17,234 nucleotides of DNA from Armatimonadota bacterium (GCA_052386995.1 JBQTJP010000140.1:1-17234); one strand, 5' to 3'; counted from the first letter of the stretch, positions 1 to 9,159 are shown. Numbers and translations: made by a program. Notes: generated by a model not told the origin, from the sequence alone.

Positions 1-1342
1 GCTCGTTGCTCGCAAACCAGTTTGGCCGCTCCCATCCGCCCTTCTCGCCCAGCGCGGCTCCAAGCGCGACCAGGCGTGGATAGGCCGGGCTGAGTTTCAG
101 ACCGCGGCCCGTTTCCCACTCCTCGAAGGGATAGCGCTGCACGTAGTTCTTGGAGCACACTTCCAGCACACGCAGGCGCGCGAACGTGTGATCGCCGTAG
201 TGTGGCTGGAACCGCCGGATATCCATGCGCCACACGTCGAAGCCCGGCTGTCCTTCGACGATCCACTCCGCCACGACCTTGCCCACTCCACCACCCATGG
301 CGATGCCCGACCCCGCGCACGCGACAAAGAGCCCGCGCACACCGGGGGCCTCGCCCAGAATCGGCGCGCCGTCGGATGTAAACCCATCCGGGCCGTTGAT
401 GATCTTGTGCACTTCCGCCCGCTCGAAGGCCGGAATGCGAAACGCCGTGGCGCGCGCCAGCGGCTCGAACTGCTCCCAGTCCGGCGGCAGGAGCCGGTGG
501 GTGAAGTCATGCGGAATGCCATTGAGCGCCCAGGAGATCGGATCCCGCTCATATCCCCCCACGCACAGCCCGCGGATCTCTTCCCTAAAGTAGATGAGGA
601 GATCCGGATCGCGCACGACCGGCATCTTCGGATCCATGCCGTCTATGGGCGCCGTGATGAGGTATTGATGCTCGACCGGGTAGATCGGCACGGTGACGCC
701 GGCCATGGCCGCGATCTGCCGCGACCAGATGCCGCCGGCGCAGACGGCCACGGGTGTGCGAATGGTCCCGCGCGTGGTCTCGATCGCCGCGACCCGGCCC
801 TGGCGCACGACGATGCCCGTGGCCTCGGTCTCGGTGTGAATCTGGGCGCCGCGGCTTCGCGCGCCGCGGGCCAGGGCGAAGGTCACCCCATTGGGGTCGG
901 CGCTGCCGTCGGTGGGCAGATAGGCGGCGCCGATCAGCTCGCGATCACTCAGCACCGGAAACAGATCGACGGCCTCGCGCGGACTGAGCAACTCCATGGG
1001 GAGCCCAAACGTCCTGGCGGTAGCGGCGCCTCGCTTGAGTTCCACCCAGCGATCGGCGCTGGAGGCCAGACGCAGGCTCCCGGTGCCCCGCCATCCGGGA
1101 TCTTGCCCGGTCTCCACCAGAAGGCGCTGGTAGAGCGCCACGCTGTACATGATCATCCGGGTCTGGCTGACCGATTCCCGCAGTTGTCCGACCAGACCAG
1201 CGGCGTGAAACGTCGCGCCGCCGGTGAGCTGGCCCTTCTCGACCAGGACGATGTCGCGCCAGCCCATCTGCGTCAGATGGTAGGCGATGCTGCATCCATA
1301 GATGCCGCCGCCGATGATGACGGCCTGCGCCTCCGACGTCAC
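1..1342 (-). CDS. FAD-dependent oxidoreductase, dimethylglycine/sarcosine dehydrogenase (GcvT-family) type; 3' end runs off the window
   Basis: Absent from the ORF track because no stop occurs in the window. Manual translation from GTG at 1342 gives MTSEAQAVIIGGGIYGCSIAYHLTQMGWRDIVLVEKGQLTGGATFHAAGLVGQLR (GxGxxG FAD fold plus the TxHAAG motif), then GSLRLA. The same frame reads GAALGEKGGWERPNWF at the window edge. It starts 10 nt after the Rieske gene stop. Confidence 0.92.
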   Translation of the reverse strand, partial: MTSEAQAVIIGGGIYGCSIAYHLTQMGWRDIVLVEKGQLTGGATFHAAGLVGQLRESVSQTRMIMYSVALYQRLLVETGQDPGWRGTGSLRLASSADRWVELKRGAATARTFGLPMELLSPREAVDLFPVLSDRELIGAAYLPTDGSADPNGVTFALARGARSRGAQIHTETEATGIVVRQGRVAAIETTRGTIRTPVAVCAGGIWSRQIAAMAGVTVPIYPVEHQYLITAPIDGMDPKMPVVRDPDLLIYFREEIRGLCVGGYERDPISWALNGIPHDFTHRLLPPDWEQFEPLARATAFRIPAFERAEVHKIINGPDGFTSDGAPILGEAPGVRGLFVACAGSGIAMGGGVGKVVAEWIVEGQPGFDVWRMDIRRFQPHYGDHTFARLRVLEVCSKNYVQRYPFEEWETGRGLKLSPAYPRLVALGAALGEKGGWERPNWFASNE

Positions 1343-1352
1343 GGCTCGGCCG

Positions 1353-2615
1353 CTACGCCGGGGGGGCTTCGGTCATCTGCCTGACATACCAGCGGTGGAA
1401 ACTCTCCACGTTGTACTCCTTGGCGATCGACAGCGGACCGGGCTCATACGCGCGGGAATCCACGCCGCGCTGCTGCCGCTCGCAGATTTCCCAGTCCTGT
1501 TCGGAGGTCAGATGCCAGAAGGGCACCAGTCGGGCCAGGTCATAGTCGCGGCCCTCCCGTGCCGATTCGCTTACGAGCCACGTCGTTTGCGCCCGCGTCA
1601 GGCGCGGTCCGGCGGGCGCGAGGCGCGTCGTGACCGCATAGTCACAACTTCCGTGACTCCAGAAGTTTGGGAGCGTCCGCAGCCGCAGCGTGCCGACGTC
1701 CCCGTCGGGATAATCTCCCATCAACGGGGCAAGTCGGCGCCCATCGAGTGACTCTGTGACGTAGCCATCCACCAGGGCGGTACGGTTGGCCGAATACCAG
1801 ACGCGGCCGTCGGCGTCGGGGAACTCCGGCAGGCCGGCCCGCGCGTGCGTAATCGACAGACCGCACGCGGCCCACTTCACCTGACTGCGCGCCGTTGATT
1901 CCGCTATCTGCCGCGCGATATGCTCGTCGAGCTCGTCGTTATCGTAGCGGTCGAAGTTGGCCTTGATGTACTGCGGGTGGCTGGCGTCGCAGTGGTAGCA
2001 CTCCCGATTGTTCTCCCACAGCAGCTTCCAGTTGGCATGGATCTCGTAGTCCAGGGTCTTGGCGACGCGCGCCCGGCCGAAGCCCTGCGGCTGTGCCATC
2101 GGCGCCATGAGAGCGGCCGCCTCCTCGAAGTCAGGGGGCTCTTCGGCGAAGCTGATGAAGATGAGCCCCGCCATCTCGCGCGTCCGGACGGCCTTGAGTC
2201 CCAGTGTCGACGTGTCGAAGTCGGCGGGCATGTGACGCGCGGCTACCAGCCGGCCGTCGAGCGCGTAGGTCCATTGATGGTAGGGACACACGAACACCCG
2301 GCGGTGGCCGCACGGCTCGGTGACCACGAGCGAGCCGCGATGGCGGCACACGTTGTGCATGGCGCCCACCGTCCCGTCCTGGCGGCGGACGACGACAATC
2401 GAGTCGGTGTCGACCTCATAGACAAAGTAGTCGCCGGTGCGCGGGATCTGGCACGAATGCCCCGCAAACAGCCACCCGCGACGCCAGATCGCTTCCATCT
2501 CGCCGCGGTAGAGCTCCGCATCGTGGTAGAAGTCGCGCGGCAGAGCATAGCCCGGACGATGTTGAGCCACCTGGCGGCGAATCGCCACCTGGTGCGCGCT
2601 GAGTGTGGCCGCCAT
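1353..2615 (-). CDS. Rieske non-heme iron oxygenase alpha subunit, GbcA/Stc2-like (quaternary-amine N-demethylase group)
   Basis: Rieske motif CRHRGS...CPYHQW. Mononuclear Fe motif NWKLLWENNRECYHCDASH plus distal EQD. RBS GGGAGG 6 nt before the ATG. Confidence 0.9.
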   Translation of the reverse strand: MAATLSAHQVAIRRQVAQHRPGYALPRDFYHDAELYRGEMEAIWRRGWLFAGHSCQIPRTGDYFVYEVDTDSIVVVRRQDGTVGAMHNVCRHRGSLVVTEPCGHRRVFVCPYHQWTYALDGRLVAARHMPADFDTSTLGLKAVRTREMAGLIFISFAEEPPDFEEAAALMAPMAQPQGFGRARVAKTLDYEIHANWKLLWENNRECYHCDASHPQYIKANFDRYDNDELDEHIARQIAESTARSQVKWAACGLSITHARAGLPEFPDADGRVWYSANRTALVDGYVTESLDGRRLAPLMGDYPDGDVGTLRLRTLPNFWSHGSCDYAVTTRLAPAGPRLTRAQTTWLVSESAREGRDYDLARLVPFWHLTSEQDWEICERQQRGVDSRAYEPGPLSIAKEYNVESFHRWYVRQMTEAPPA

Positions 2616-2639
2616 CGGTCGCCTCCCGACGTGCGAGTC

Positions 2640-3437
2640 TTACAATTCCAAGGGCGCCATCTCGGTGACAAACCGGAACCGGTCGCCGCGATACAGGTCC
2701 TTGCCGTAGTCGATCGGCCGGCCGCGCTCATCGAATGCCAGACGCTCTTCCAGCATGAGGGGGGCACCCACCTCGACCCCGAGCAGCCGCGCCTCATATT
2801 CGGACGCGACCGCCGGCTCGAGACTTTGCCGCGCCCGGCTCACCCGCACGCCGTACTCCGTCTCCAGGATTTCGTACACCGAACGCGCGCGGATATCGAA
2901 GCGCTCGAACCGGGGGAATCGTTTGGCCGGCATCCAGAAGGTTTCAAGCATCGCGGGCTCACGATTGACCAGCCGCACGCGGCGCACGAAGTACACCGGG
3001 GCGGACACGGGGATCCGCAGCTTTCTGGCGACGGCGACGCTCGCGGGCTGCTTCTCGAGCGCGACCGCTTTGGCGCCCGGTCTGTAGCCGCGCCGCCGCA
3101 TGCCGCGGCTGAACGGGACCAGCCGGCCTGCCCCCCGCTCGATCTTGGGCCGCGCCACGAACGTGCCCGCGCCCTGCCGGCGGTCGAGGTGGCCTTCCGT
3201 CTCGAGTTTCCCCAGGGCCTGGCGCAGCGTCATCCGGTTCACCCCGAGCGACCCGCTCAACGTCCGCTCGGGGGGCAGGCGTTCGCCGGGCTTCAACTCT
3301 CCCAGCTCGATCCGGCTGAGCAGGCTTTCGGCGATCTGCTGATATCTGGGGACGCCCGCAGCAAAACGGCCCGCCAGCCCCCGAACGGAGCCGGTGGGAT
3401 GCAGACGGGCGTTGCGCGCGCGAACGGCGAGTGCCAT
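2640..3437 (-). CDS. GntR-family transcriptional regulator, HutC/PhnF/DasR subfamily (wHTH + UTRA)
   Basis: PRYQQIAESL...LKPGERLPPERTL...VNRMTLRQAL...RRQGAGTFV N-terminal HTH. C-terminal UTRA features SVYEILETEYG and YRGDRFRF. The start codon is uncertain because no RBS is visible. Confidence 0.93.
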   Translation of the reverse strand: MALAVRARNARLHPTGSVRGLAGRFAAGVPRYQQIAESLLSRIELGELKPGERLPPERTLSGSLGVNRMTLRQALGKLETEGHLDRRQGAGTFVARPKIERGAGRLVPFSRGMRRRGYRPGAKAVALEKQPASVAVARKLRIPVSAPVYFVRRVRLVNREPAMLETFWMPAKRFPRFERFDIRARSVYEILETEYGVRVSRARQSLEPAVASEYEARLLGVEVGAPLMLEERLAFDERGRPIDYGKDLYRGDRFRFVTEMAPLEL

Positions 3438-3440
3438 AAT
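3412..3440 (+). promoter_or_regulatory. Putative sigma70-type promoter for the rightward operon
   Basis: TTGCGC (3412-3417), 17-nt spacer, CATAAT (3435-3440), with an extended -10 TG at 3432-3433. Confidence 0.5.
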
Positions 3441-3454
3441 TGGTCTATACCATT
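3439..3454. promoter_or_regulatory. Putative GntR/HutC-family operator (ATTGGTCTATACCATT)
   Basis: AT-rich near-palindrome with core TGGTCTATACCA (3441-3452) directly upstream of the GntR ATG. It matches the TGGTnTAnACCA form of DasR/NagR/PhnF sites. Confidence 0.75.
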
Positions 3455-3481
3455 AGACGCCGGGGCCAGCGCGGCTGTCAA
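3452..3481 (-). promoter_or_regulatory. Putative sigma70-type promoter for the leftward gntR-Rieske-dehydrogenase operon
   Basis: Minus strand: perfect TTGACA (3481-3476), 18-nt spacer, TCTAAT (3457-3452). Confidence 0.55.
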
Positions 3482-3529
3482 GAGCATGGGTCGGCCGCCA
3501 CGAGTCCGCCGGAAGGAGTGAGCGCGCTG

Positions 3530-4708
3530 ATGAAAGGCGACCTCTACGACTACCGTCTCGTGCACTCCGCACGATACCAGAAGTCCCCGTTGTTCCCTGT
3601 CTTCCGACGGCTCGGGGCCACCTCGTTCCTGTGGTACAACCATCATCTCCACGCCGTCGACTTCGAGGGGCAGACCAAAGAACAGGAGTACTCGGCGATT
3701 CGCAACGGCGTCACGCTCTGGGATGTCTCCGTCGAGCGCCCGGTAGAGATCGACGGCCCCGACGGGTTCCGGCTGATGGACATGCTGACGCCCAGAGACA
3801 TGGGCAAGTGTGCCATCGGCCAGTGCAAGTACACGCTGATCACCGACGAAAACGGGTGTGTCGTCAACGATCCCGTCGTGCTGCGCCTGGGCGAGAACCG
3901 CTTCTGGCTCTGCCCCTCCGACAGCGACGTGCATCTCTGGGCCAAAGGGGTCGCGGTAGGAATGCGGCTGAACGCGACGGTGCGTATCACGGACGTTTAT
4001 CCCATTCAGATCCAGGGCCCCAAATCCCCCGACCTGCTGGCCGCGCTGATCGGCGATCGCGTCTCCACGCTGAAGTACTACTGGTCCATGAACGCCGATC
4101 TCCCCGGCAACATCCCCACGATCATTACCCGCACAGGCTGGACCGGCGAAGTCGGGTACGAGATCTTTCTTCTGGATAACAGCCTCGCGGAGAAAATGAT
4201 CGATCTCATCGTCGCACGAGGAAAGCCACTGGGCCTCATCCCGGCCGGACCGAACCATGCCCGGCGCGTGGAGGCCGGCATCCTGAACAACCAGGCCGAT
4301 ATGGATTTGACGACCAATCTCTATGAACTGGGCCTGGAATGGCAGATCGAGAATCCGCAGAAGGCGTTCGTGGGCAAAGAAGCGCTCGAGCGTGTCAAGC
4401 GTGAAGGCATCAAGCGCAAACTGGTGGGATTCGAGGTCGAAGGCACGCCGGGGCCCCACGAGTTCGAAGGTCCGTGGAAGGTCTACAAAGACGGAAAGCA
4501 GGTCGGCGCCGCGTCCGCCTTTCTCTACTCGCCGACCCTCAAGAAGAATATCGGGCTGGCCATGATCGCCGCCGAGCACGGCAAGCCGGGCGAGCGGGTG
4601 GAGGTCCAGCGCCTTTCCAATGAGCCACGCCATGCGGCGAGGGTGGTGGCGCTGCCGTTCCTCGATCCCAAGAAGGATATCCCTAAGCAGAGGGTGCAGG
4701 CGTCCTGA
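3530..4708 (+). CDS. Aminomethyltransferase (GcvT) family protein, DmdA-like THF-dependent demethylase
   Basis: RBS AAGGAG (3513-3518) before ATG 3530. Motifs YNH, LWDVSVERPVEIDGPD, LTPRD, GQCKY, NDPVVLRL, DSDVHLWAKG, TRTGWTGEVGYEI and SPTLKKNIGLAM resemble DmdA and its sister clade more than true GcvT. Confidence 0.85.
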   Translation: MKGDLYDYRLVHSARYQKSPLFPVFRRLGATSFLWYNHHLHAVDFEGQTKEQEYSAIRNGVTLWDVSVERPVEIDGPDGFRLMDMLTPRDMGKCAIGQCKYTLITDENGCVVNDPVVLRLGENRFWLCPSDSDVHLWAKGVAVGMRLNATVRITDVYPIQIQGPKSPDLLAALIGDRVSTLKYYWSMNADLPGNIPTIITRTGWTGEVGYEIFLLDNSLAEKMIDLIVARGKPLGLIPAGPNHARRVEAGILNNQADMDLTTNLYELGLEWQIENPQKAFVGKEALERVKREGIKRKLVGFEVEGTPGPHEFEGPWKVYKDGKQVGAASAFLYSPTLKKNIGLAMIAAEHGKPGERVEVQRLSNEPRHAARVVALPFLDPKKDIPKQRVQAS

Positions 4709-5976
4709 CGACCGCGGAGAGGCCGGCCTGGACGTCAGGCTTTGCGGCCCTGTGTCTGGGGCAGTTCTTGGGCCATCAGACGGCTCTCACGTTCTCCGTC
4801 CTCATCCCGATTCTGATGACCGAGTGGCGCCTGAGCGCCGGCCAGGCCGGCGTGATCCTCGGCGGATTTCAGTTCGGGACCCTGGCCGCCTACGTGATCG
4901 TGGGAGTGCTCCTCGATCGGATGAAGAGTAAACCGATCATGGCGTGGTCGGCGGCGCTGGTCGGCGTGGGTGACCTGCTGTTCGCGGTCGGCGCACGCGA
5001 CTTCGCCTCGGGGCTCGTCCTGCGGCTGCTCGTGGGCGTCCTGATCGGGGGACTGTACCTGCCCGCGCTCAAGCAGATCGCCGAAACGATCCCCGCGGCG
5101 CGGAGAGGGACGGCAACGGGGATCTACATGGCGACGCTCGTGACTGCCTACGCCGCGCCGCTCTTCTATATCGGGGTGCTCGCGCCGGTCTTCGGATGGC
5201 GTGCCATCATGGTGGGAATCGGCATCATCGAACTCCTTGGGGCCCTCGTCATCGCCTGGAAGGTGCCGAGCGTCACGCTGCCGCCGATGGCCGGACCAGC
5301 TGTGCTCTCCTCGTACGTCGCTGATGTGCTGAAGAATGCATCGGCGCGAAGGGTGATCGTGGCCTACACCGGTCACAACTGGGAACTGTTCGGCCTGTGG
5401 GGGTGGCTCGCACCGTTCATGGTGGCGGCGCTGGCGGCACACGGAATCGCGCAGAACGCTGCTCTGGCTCGCGGAGGGCTGCTGGCGGCGATCGCCATCG
5501 GTCTTGGAGGAGCACTCGGTGCGGTCGCCGGCGGACGCCTCTCGGACCGCGTCGGCCGGGCCCGTGCAGCCACGCTCATGCTGAGCATCAGCTTGATGTG
5601 CTCGCTGGGGTTCGGCTGGCTGTTCGGCGCGCCGGTCGCCGTGGCGGCCGCCGTCGCTCTTCTCTACGGAATCGTCAGCCTCGCCGACTCCCCGTCCTAT
5701 GCGGCCACACTCATGGAGGTGGTACCGGCGCGCTCGCTCGGCGGGGCGTTTGCGGTGCAGATGCTCTTTGGGTGGGCCGCAACGGCCGCCGCGCCCGCGG
5801 TATTCGGCCTGGTGCTCGATCTGGGGAAGACAGCCGGTGCGAGCCCAATGGTACAGTGGGGGTGGGCGTTCATGTTGATGGCGCTTGGCCCGCTCGCCGG
5901 TATCGTTGCGTTGGCGCCACTGCGGGCCCGAAGCCGCGCCGATGTTCGCAAGCTCCATGCGGAGGGGGCGAGATGA
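4705..5976 (+). CDS. MFS transporter (probable CTG start overlapping the upstream stop)
   Basis: About 12 hydrophobic segments with MFS loop motifs [10 protein letters not shown] and GRLSDRVGR. The frame is open from 4687, and TM1 ([24 protein letters not shown]) begins upstream of the track's TTG at 4768. Confidence 0.85.
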   Translation: MTTAERPAWTSGFAALCLGQFLGHQTALTFSVLIPILMTEWRLSAGQAGVILGGFQFGTLAAYVIVGVLLDRMKSKPIMAWSAALVGVGDLLFAVGARDFASGLVLRLLVGVLIGGLYLPALKQIAETIPAARRGTATGIYMATLVTAYAAPLFYIGVLAPVFGWRAIMVGIGIIELLGALVIAWKVPSVTLPPMAGPAVLSSYVADVLKNASARRVIVAYTGHNWELFGLWGWLAPFMVAALAAHGIAQNAALARGGLLAAIAIGLGGALGAVAGGRLSDRVGRARAATLMLSISLMCSLGFGWLFGAPVAVAAAVALLYGIVSLADSPSYAATLMEVVPARSLGGAFAVQMLFGWAATAAAPAVFGLVLDLGKTAGASPMVQWGWAFMLMALGPLAGIVALAPLRARSRADVRKLHAEGAR

Positions 5977-7442
5977 ATCGACGAACTGCCACGCACCCGG
6001 CGACCATTCACATGCGCATTGGCGGGAAAGAGGTGCCCGCGGCGAGTGGCGAGACGTTTGAGGTCACCAACCCGGCCACCGGTGACATCGTTGCCCACGT
6101 GGCGCGCGGCGGGCCCGAGGACGTCGACCGCGCCGCCAAAGCCGCGGCGGCCGCCTTCGAGTCAAGCCCCTGGGCCCGCATGAGCGCAACCGACCGCGGG
6201 CGCGTGCTCCTGCGACTGGCCGAGCGGATCCGCTCAAACGCCGAGGCACTCGCCGTGCTCGAAGTTCACCAGGGCGGCAAGACGATCACCGATGCCCGCG
6301 GGGAAGTCGAGGCGGCGGCGGGATGTTTCGAGTATTACGCGGGCGCGGCGAACAAACTTTTCGGCGAGACGATTCCGGTTGCCGACCAGGGTCTGGACTT
6401 CACGCTGCGCGAGCCGATCGGCGTCGTCGGGTTGATCGTGCCCTGGAACTTTCCGTTCTTGATTGCCTCCTGGAAAGTGGCGCCGGCCCTCGCAACCGGC
6501 AACTCGGTGATCTTGAAGCCGGCTTCCTATACGCCGCTGACGGCGCTGCGGCTGGCGGCCCTGGCACTCGACGCCGGCGTTCCCCCGGGTGTGCTCAATG
6601 TCGTCACGGGTCCGGGGGCTTCGGCGGGTTCGGCCATCGTCACGCATCCATCTGTGGGCAAGGTGGCGCTGACAGGCGAAACGGCGACCGGTATCCAGAT
6701 CATGAAGCTCGCCGCCGATACGATGACCCGCGTCTCGCTGGAACTTGGGGGGAAGTCGGCCAATGTGATCTTCGCCGACGCCGATCTCGAGCGGGGCGCC
6801 CAGGCCGGCGTCACCGCAGTCTACGGCAACGCAGGGCAGGATTGCTGCGCGCGCAGCCGCGTCTTCGTCGAGCGATCCGCCTACGAGCACTTCGTGGGCC
6901 TGTTCACCGATGCCGCCCGAGCCCTGCGCGTGGGCGATCCGCTCGATCCCGCCACCGAGATGGGGCCGGTGATCTCGACACGCCAGCGAGAGAGCATCTT
7001 GAACTATATTCGCATCGGGCGGCAGGAAGGCGCGCAGGTGGCCTTCGGCGGAGAGGCCCCGGCCGACCCGCGGCTGGCCTCCGGGGCATTCCTGATGCCC
7101 ACGGTGCTTACCGGCGTTGCGAACGACACGCGCGTTGCTCAGGAGGAAATCTTTGGACCCGTGGCGTGCGTTATTCCCTTCGACGATGAGGCAGAGGTCA
7201 TTCGCATGGCCAACGACTCGCCTTACGGGCTGTCGGGGTCGGTGTGGACGCGTGACATCGGGCGGGCGCTGCGCGTCGCGCGGGCGATCCGCACGGGCGT
7301 CATCAGTGTCAACACCAATCACAGCGTCCATCAGGAGGCGCCGTTCGGCGGGGTGAAAATGAGCGGCTTCGGCCGCGAGCTGGGCATGAATGCCCTCGAA
7401 CTCTACACCGAGGTCAAGAACGTCTTCATTGCGCTGCCGTAG
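5973..7442 (+). CDS. NAD(P)-dependent aldehyde dehydrogenase
   Basis: RBS GGAGGG, with an ATGA overlap on the MFS stop. Motifs IVPWNFP, KPAS, TGETATG, LELGGKS, catalytic Cys in [18 protein letters not shown] and [15 protein letters not shown]. Confidence 0.95.
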   Translation: MNRRTATHPATIHMRIGGKEVPAASGETFEVTNPATGDIVAHVARGGPEDVDRAAKAAAAAFESSPWARMSATDRGRVLLRLAERIRSNAEALAVLEVHQGGKTITDARGEVEAAAGCFEYYAGAANKLFGETIPVADQGLDFTLREPIGVVGLIVPWNFPFLIASWKVAPALATGNSVILKPASYTPLTALRLAALALDAGVPPGVLNVVTGPGASAGSAIVTHPSVGKVALTGETATGIQIMKLAADTMTRVSLELGGKSANVIFADADLERGAQAGVTAVYGNAGQDCCARSRVFVERSAYEHFVGLFTDAARALRVGDPLDPATEMGPVISTRQRESILNYIRIGRQEGAQVAFGGEAPADPRLASGAFLMPTVLTGVANDTRVAQEEIFGPVACVIPFDDEAEVIRMANDSPYGLSGSVWTRDIGRALRVARAIRTGVISVNTNHSVHQEAPFGGVKMSGFGRELGMNALELYTEVKNVFIALP

Positions 7443-7449
7443 AGACACC

Positions 7450-7830
7450 CTGCGTCTGGCCCTGTACGTTCTGCTCCCTGCGGTGTGCGGGTTGACCCTC
7501 GTGGCCTGCGGGCGGCCGGCCGCGAACGTCGCCGGAGTCTGGGAGGGCACGTGGACCAGCTCTGATGGGCGATCGACCGGCAAATTCCAAGTCGATATCC
7601 AACAGCGTGGAAAGACGATCGCCGGGAAGATCGAGCTCACCCTTGAGTGGCTCCCCCAGGCGCAGATCGATGGGGTCGTCGAGGGGTCAACGGTCCGGTG
7701 GGGCGTGCTGCGGGAGAGGCTGGTGGTCATCACGTTTGAGGGTCGCGTCAGCGAAGATACCGCCCAAGGGACCTACACGATCGGCACAGAGGCGAACGGG
7801 TCCTGGAATGCCCGGCGACGCGCGCGCTGA
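7450..7830 (+). CDS. Small putative lipoprotein with a beta-rich (beta-barrel-like) domain
   Basis: (M)RLALYVLLPAVCGLTLVA-C signal peptide with lipobox LVAC, followed by alternating beta-strand pattern VAGVWEGTWTS...GSWNARR. It fills the gap between the ALDH and the second MFS. Start uncertain (CTG 7450 or ATG 7390). Confidence 0.65.
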   Translation: MRLALYVLLPAVCGLTLVACGRPAANVAGVWEGTWTSSDGRSTGKFQVDIQQRGKTIAGKIELTLEWLPQAQIDGVVEGSTVRWGVLRERLVVITFEGRVSEDTAQGTYTIGTEANGSWNARRRAR

Positions 7831-7857
7831 GATGCGTAGAATGCTGATGGAGCGACG

Positions 7858-9159
7858 ATGACGCGCGTACACACCAGCGGCCGCTACCATCACGCCTGGA
7901 TCGTGCTGGGCGCCATGTGCCTCGTGCTGCTCGGAGCGTCGGGCGTGCGGTCGGCGTTCGGCGTGTTCATCAAGCCGCTCGAGGCTGAGTTCGGATCGGG
8001 ACGCACGTCGCTGTCCACCATCGCCGCGCTCTCACTGCTCCTCTACGGCGCGGTCGGGCCCGTCGTCGGGCGCCTGGCCGACCGCTGGGGTCCCCGCGGT
8101 GTCCTGATTGGCGCCGCCGCCCTGCTGGGCCTCGGCGCAATCGCCAGCGCCCTCATCACAAGCATATGGCAGCTCTATCTGACGGCCGGGGTAGTCATGG
8201 CGCTCGGAGCCGGTGGGGCCGCGATGTCCGTTGCCGCGTCGCTGACCACGCGCTGGTTCGAGACGCGACGCGGATTCGCCCTCGGCGTCGCGGGCGGAGG
8301 CATGGCCGCGGGACAGCTGCTGATCGTGCCACTGCTGATGGTGCTGACGCTGGCGTGGGGCTGGCGGTTGTCTTACGTGCTGCTCGGCGTCGGGTTCCTG
8401 GTCCTCATCTTGCCGGTGACCCTCATCTTTATCCGCAACGACCCTGAGGAGCTCGGCCTCATCCCCTACGGCGCCACGGCAGGGACCACCACGTCGGGAC
8501 CCGCGGACCGCGCCGCGGAACGCACCAGCGTTCTGAGCGCGGCGCGCACCCTGCCGTTCTGGCTCCTTGCCGGCAGCTTTTGGGTGTGCGGCTACACGAC
8601 CTCGGGTCTCGTTCTGACGCATCTCATTCCCTACGCGGCCGAACACGGATTCCACGCCAGCCACGCCGCGCAGGCCATCGGCGTGATGGGCGCCCTGAAT
8701 ATCGTCGGGACCGTGGCGTCGGGATGGCTCTCCGATCGTTTCGGTCCACGCCTGCCTCTGGCCGGATACTATTCACTGCGCGGGCTGTCGCTGGTGGCGC
8801 TGCCATTTGTGGGAACCGTCCCAGGACTGTTCGGCTTCGCGGCGATCTTTGGCCTCAACTACATCTCGACGGTCCCGCCGACCACGGCGCTCACCGCGAT
8901 GACCTACGGACGCTACTCCGTGGGTGAGCTCTCGGGTTGGATCTTCCTCTTCCATCAACTCGGCGCGGCGGTCGGCTCCATTGTCGGGGGCGTCCTCTAC
9001 GATCGCTTCGGCAACTACACGCTGGCGTTTCACTCAGCGGCGGCGCTGGCGTTTTTGGCGACCGCGATGGTGCTGGCAATCCGCGAGCGGCCGGTAGAGG
9101 GCGGGCCGGAGCAGCCCGTCGGTCATCCAAGACCGGCGCCGTCGCTCGCGGGCCCCTGA
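7858..9159 (+). CDS. MFS transporter (monocarboxylate/oxalate-formate antiporter-like)
   Basis: RBS GGAG. Hydrophobic helices with GRLADRWGPR, RWFETRRGFALG, GWR and GWLSDRFGPR motifs. Confidence 0.92.
   Translation: MTRVHTSGRYHHAWIVLGAMCLVLLGASGVRSAFGVFIKPLEAEFGSGRTSLSTIAALSLLLYGAVGPVVGRLADRWGPRGVLIGAAALLGLGAIASALITSIWQLYLTAGVVMALGAGGAAMSVAASLTTRWFETRRGFALGVAGGGMAAGQLLIVPLLMVLTLAWGWRLSYVLLGVGFLVLILPVTLIFIRNDPEELGLIPYGATAGTTTSGPADRAAERTSVLSAARTLPFWLLAGSFWVCGYTTSGLVLTHLIPYAAEHGFHASHAAQAIGVMGALNIVGTVASGWLSDRFGPRLPLAGYYSLRGLSLVALPFVGTVPGLFGFAAIFGLNYISTVPPTTALTAMTYGRYSVGELSGWIFLFHQLGAAVGSIVGGVLYDRFGNYTLAFHSAAALAFLATAMVLAIRERPVEGGPEQPVGHPRPAPSLAGP

Noticed and set aside
188..3521. Long plus-strand ORFs 188-1384 (398 aa) and 1920-3521 (533 aa)
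   Set aside because: They are antisense shadows of the dehydrogenase, Rieske and GntR genes. They show no motifs, and such ORFs are expected from high-GC codon bias.
3440..3529. N-terminal extension of the GcvT-family ORF from TTG 3440
   Set aside because: It begins inside the operator and promoter. The RBS supports ATG 3530.
5397..5972. Apparent 681-aa ALDH fusion
   Set aside because: The extension is an off-frame read of the MFS gene. The RBS and ATGA overlap place the start at 5973.
3293..7733. Long minus-strand ORFs 3293-4633, 4735-5958 and 6234-7733
   Set aside because: They lie antisense to well-supported genes and have R/H/G-rich, motif-free translations.
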